From Mobula hypostoma (Eukaryota), in assembly GCF_963921235.1 (NCBI RefSeq), contig NC_086106.1, forward strand, positions 23,622,001 to 23,686,000: 64,000 nucleotides of DNA, in the 5' to 3' direction. A program made the translations under genes and the position numbers. Shown in pieces: positions 63,251-64,000 of this stretch (its first letter is position 1; each line of letters begins with the position of its first letter). The notes beneath the pieces were generated by a model. It had not been told where the DNA came from and made no database searches. It worked only from the letters and a program-made list of their open reading frames with translations.

Positions 63251-64000
63251 TCAACTGTTGAAAACGAAACCAAGAAATAAATTACATAGCACCTGCCTAA
63301 ACTCGACGAAGCCTTGTTGAGCCAAAACCTTACTATTCTGCGTCAGCCTATCCCGACGATGACCACTTCGAAAGGCGGTATCTCTCCATTATAGATGCTC
63401 TGTTCCCCGTCAAAATATTTGCCGAAACTGCGCGGCAGGGTTCTTACTGGGCCAGTGGAGTACTTCGAGCATCGGCTACGTAGAAAAACTTGTTTTTTTG
63501 TTAAAAATCTATTCGTCCACTCTGTGCGGAATCACTTATGTTGCGTATGCCCAATACTCCAATGAATTGCAGGAACAGTTCCTAGATCGAAGGCCGATGT
63601 CATTTTCCCGATTAGCTGAAGGAGGTTAGCACACACCAATGGGATTAAGGTTTGACGCATGAGAATATTCCGGATCATTCGATCATTCTAAAGACGAAAC
63701 ACTCTCTACGGCATGGAACAATTTCTTCAGCTCCTATTACAATGCTGAGCGACAAAGTTCGAATGTTGTGTTGGCATGTTGTCAGGTAGCATTCCGATAA
63801 TTTTGTAGTTCATTTTTCAGCATTGTATGGAACAGTGCTTTAAACAAGCGGCTAAAAAAATGTTTCTATTCTACTTTGTTTTTCCAAATGTCATCGATTA
63901 GGATTATGTCTTTTGATGCCCCATTCTCATCAGGCGTAGTTCTGCTTAGCTGTATCTCTATCCCGTTACACTTTGAATGACTTTCATTGCATTGCATGGA

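Larger units (their letters stand above)
45900..64000 (+). repeat. Segmental duplicate of the cassette at 6120-29000
   Basis: Collinear homology: 46000-47070 to 6890-7950; 47390-51708 to 19010-24930; 56830-59145 to 24930-27225; 62245-64000 to 27245-29030. Confidence 0.9.

Overview
Eukaryotic, repeat-rich vertebrate DNA. The retroelement families and V-gene style suggest a cartilaginous fish, probably a ray (inference). The window is part of a T-cell receptor alpha/delta-type V gene array. Two intact V genes lie on the + strand, each with a leader exon, a 476-496 bp intron, a 307 bp V exon and a 23-bp-spacer RSS (30577-31444 and 39136-40023). They sit in large duplicated cassettes, and a third cassette copy runs off the right edge about 1.5 kb before its predicted V leader. 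Everything else is retroelement-derived: a Gmr1-like Gypsy element (integrase before RT) holding a nested sushi-type chromovirus with an apparent self-priming PBS, two solo LTRs, many CR1 LINEs, a 5'-inverted L1 inserted just upstream of the second V start codon, Rex1-like remnants and Penelope-like elements. The Penelope copies include a 5.1 kb near-palindrome and a 245 bp mini-hairpin, both ending in minimal hammerhead ribozyme motifs. There is one 203-N assembly gap. I found no D, J or C segments and nothing I can call a wholly new system. The least described items are the hammerhead-tipped palindromic Penelope architecture and the L1 displacement of a V promoter.
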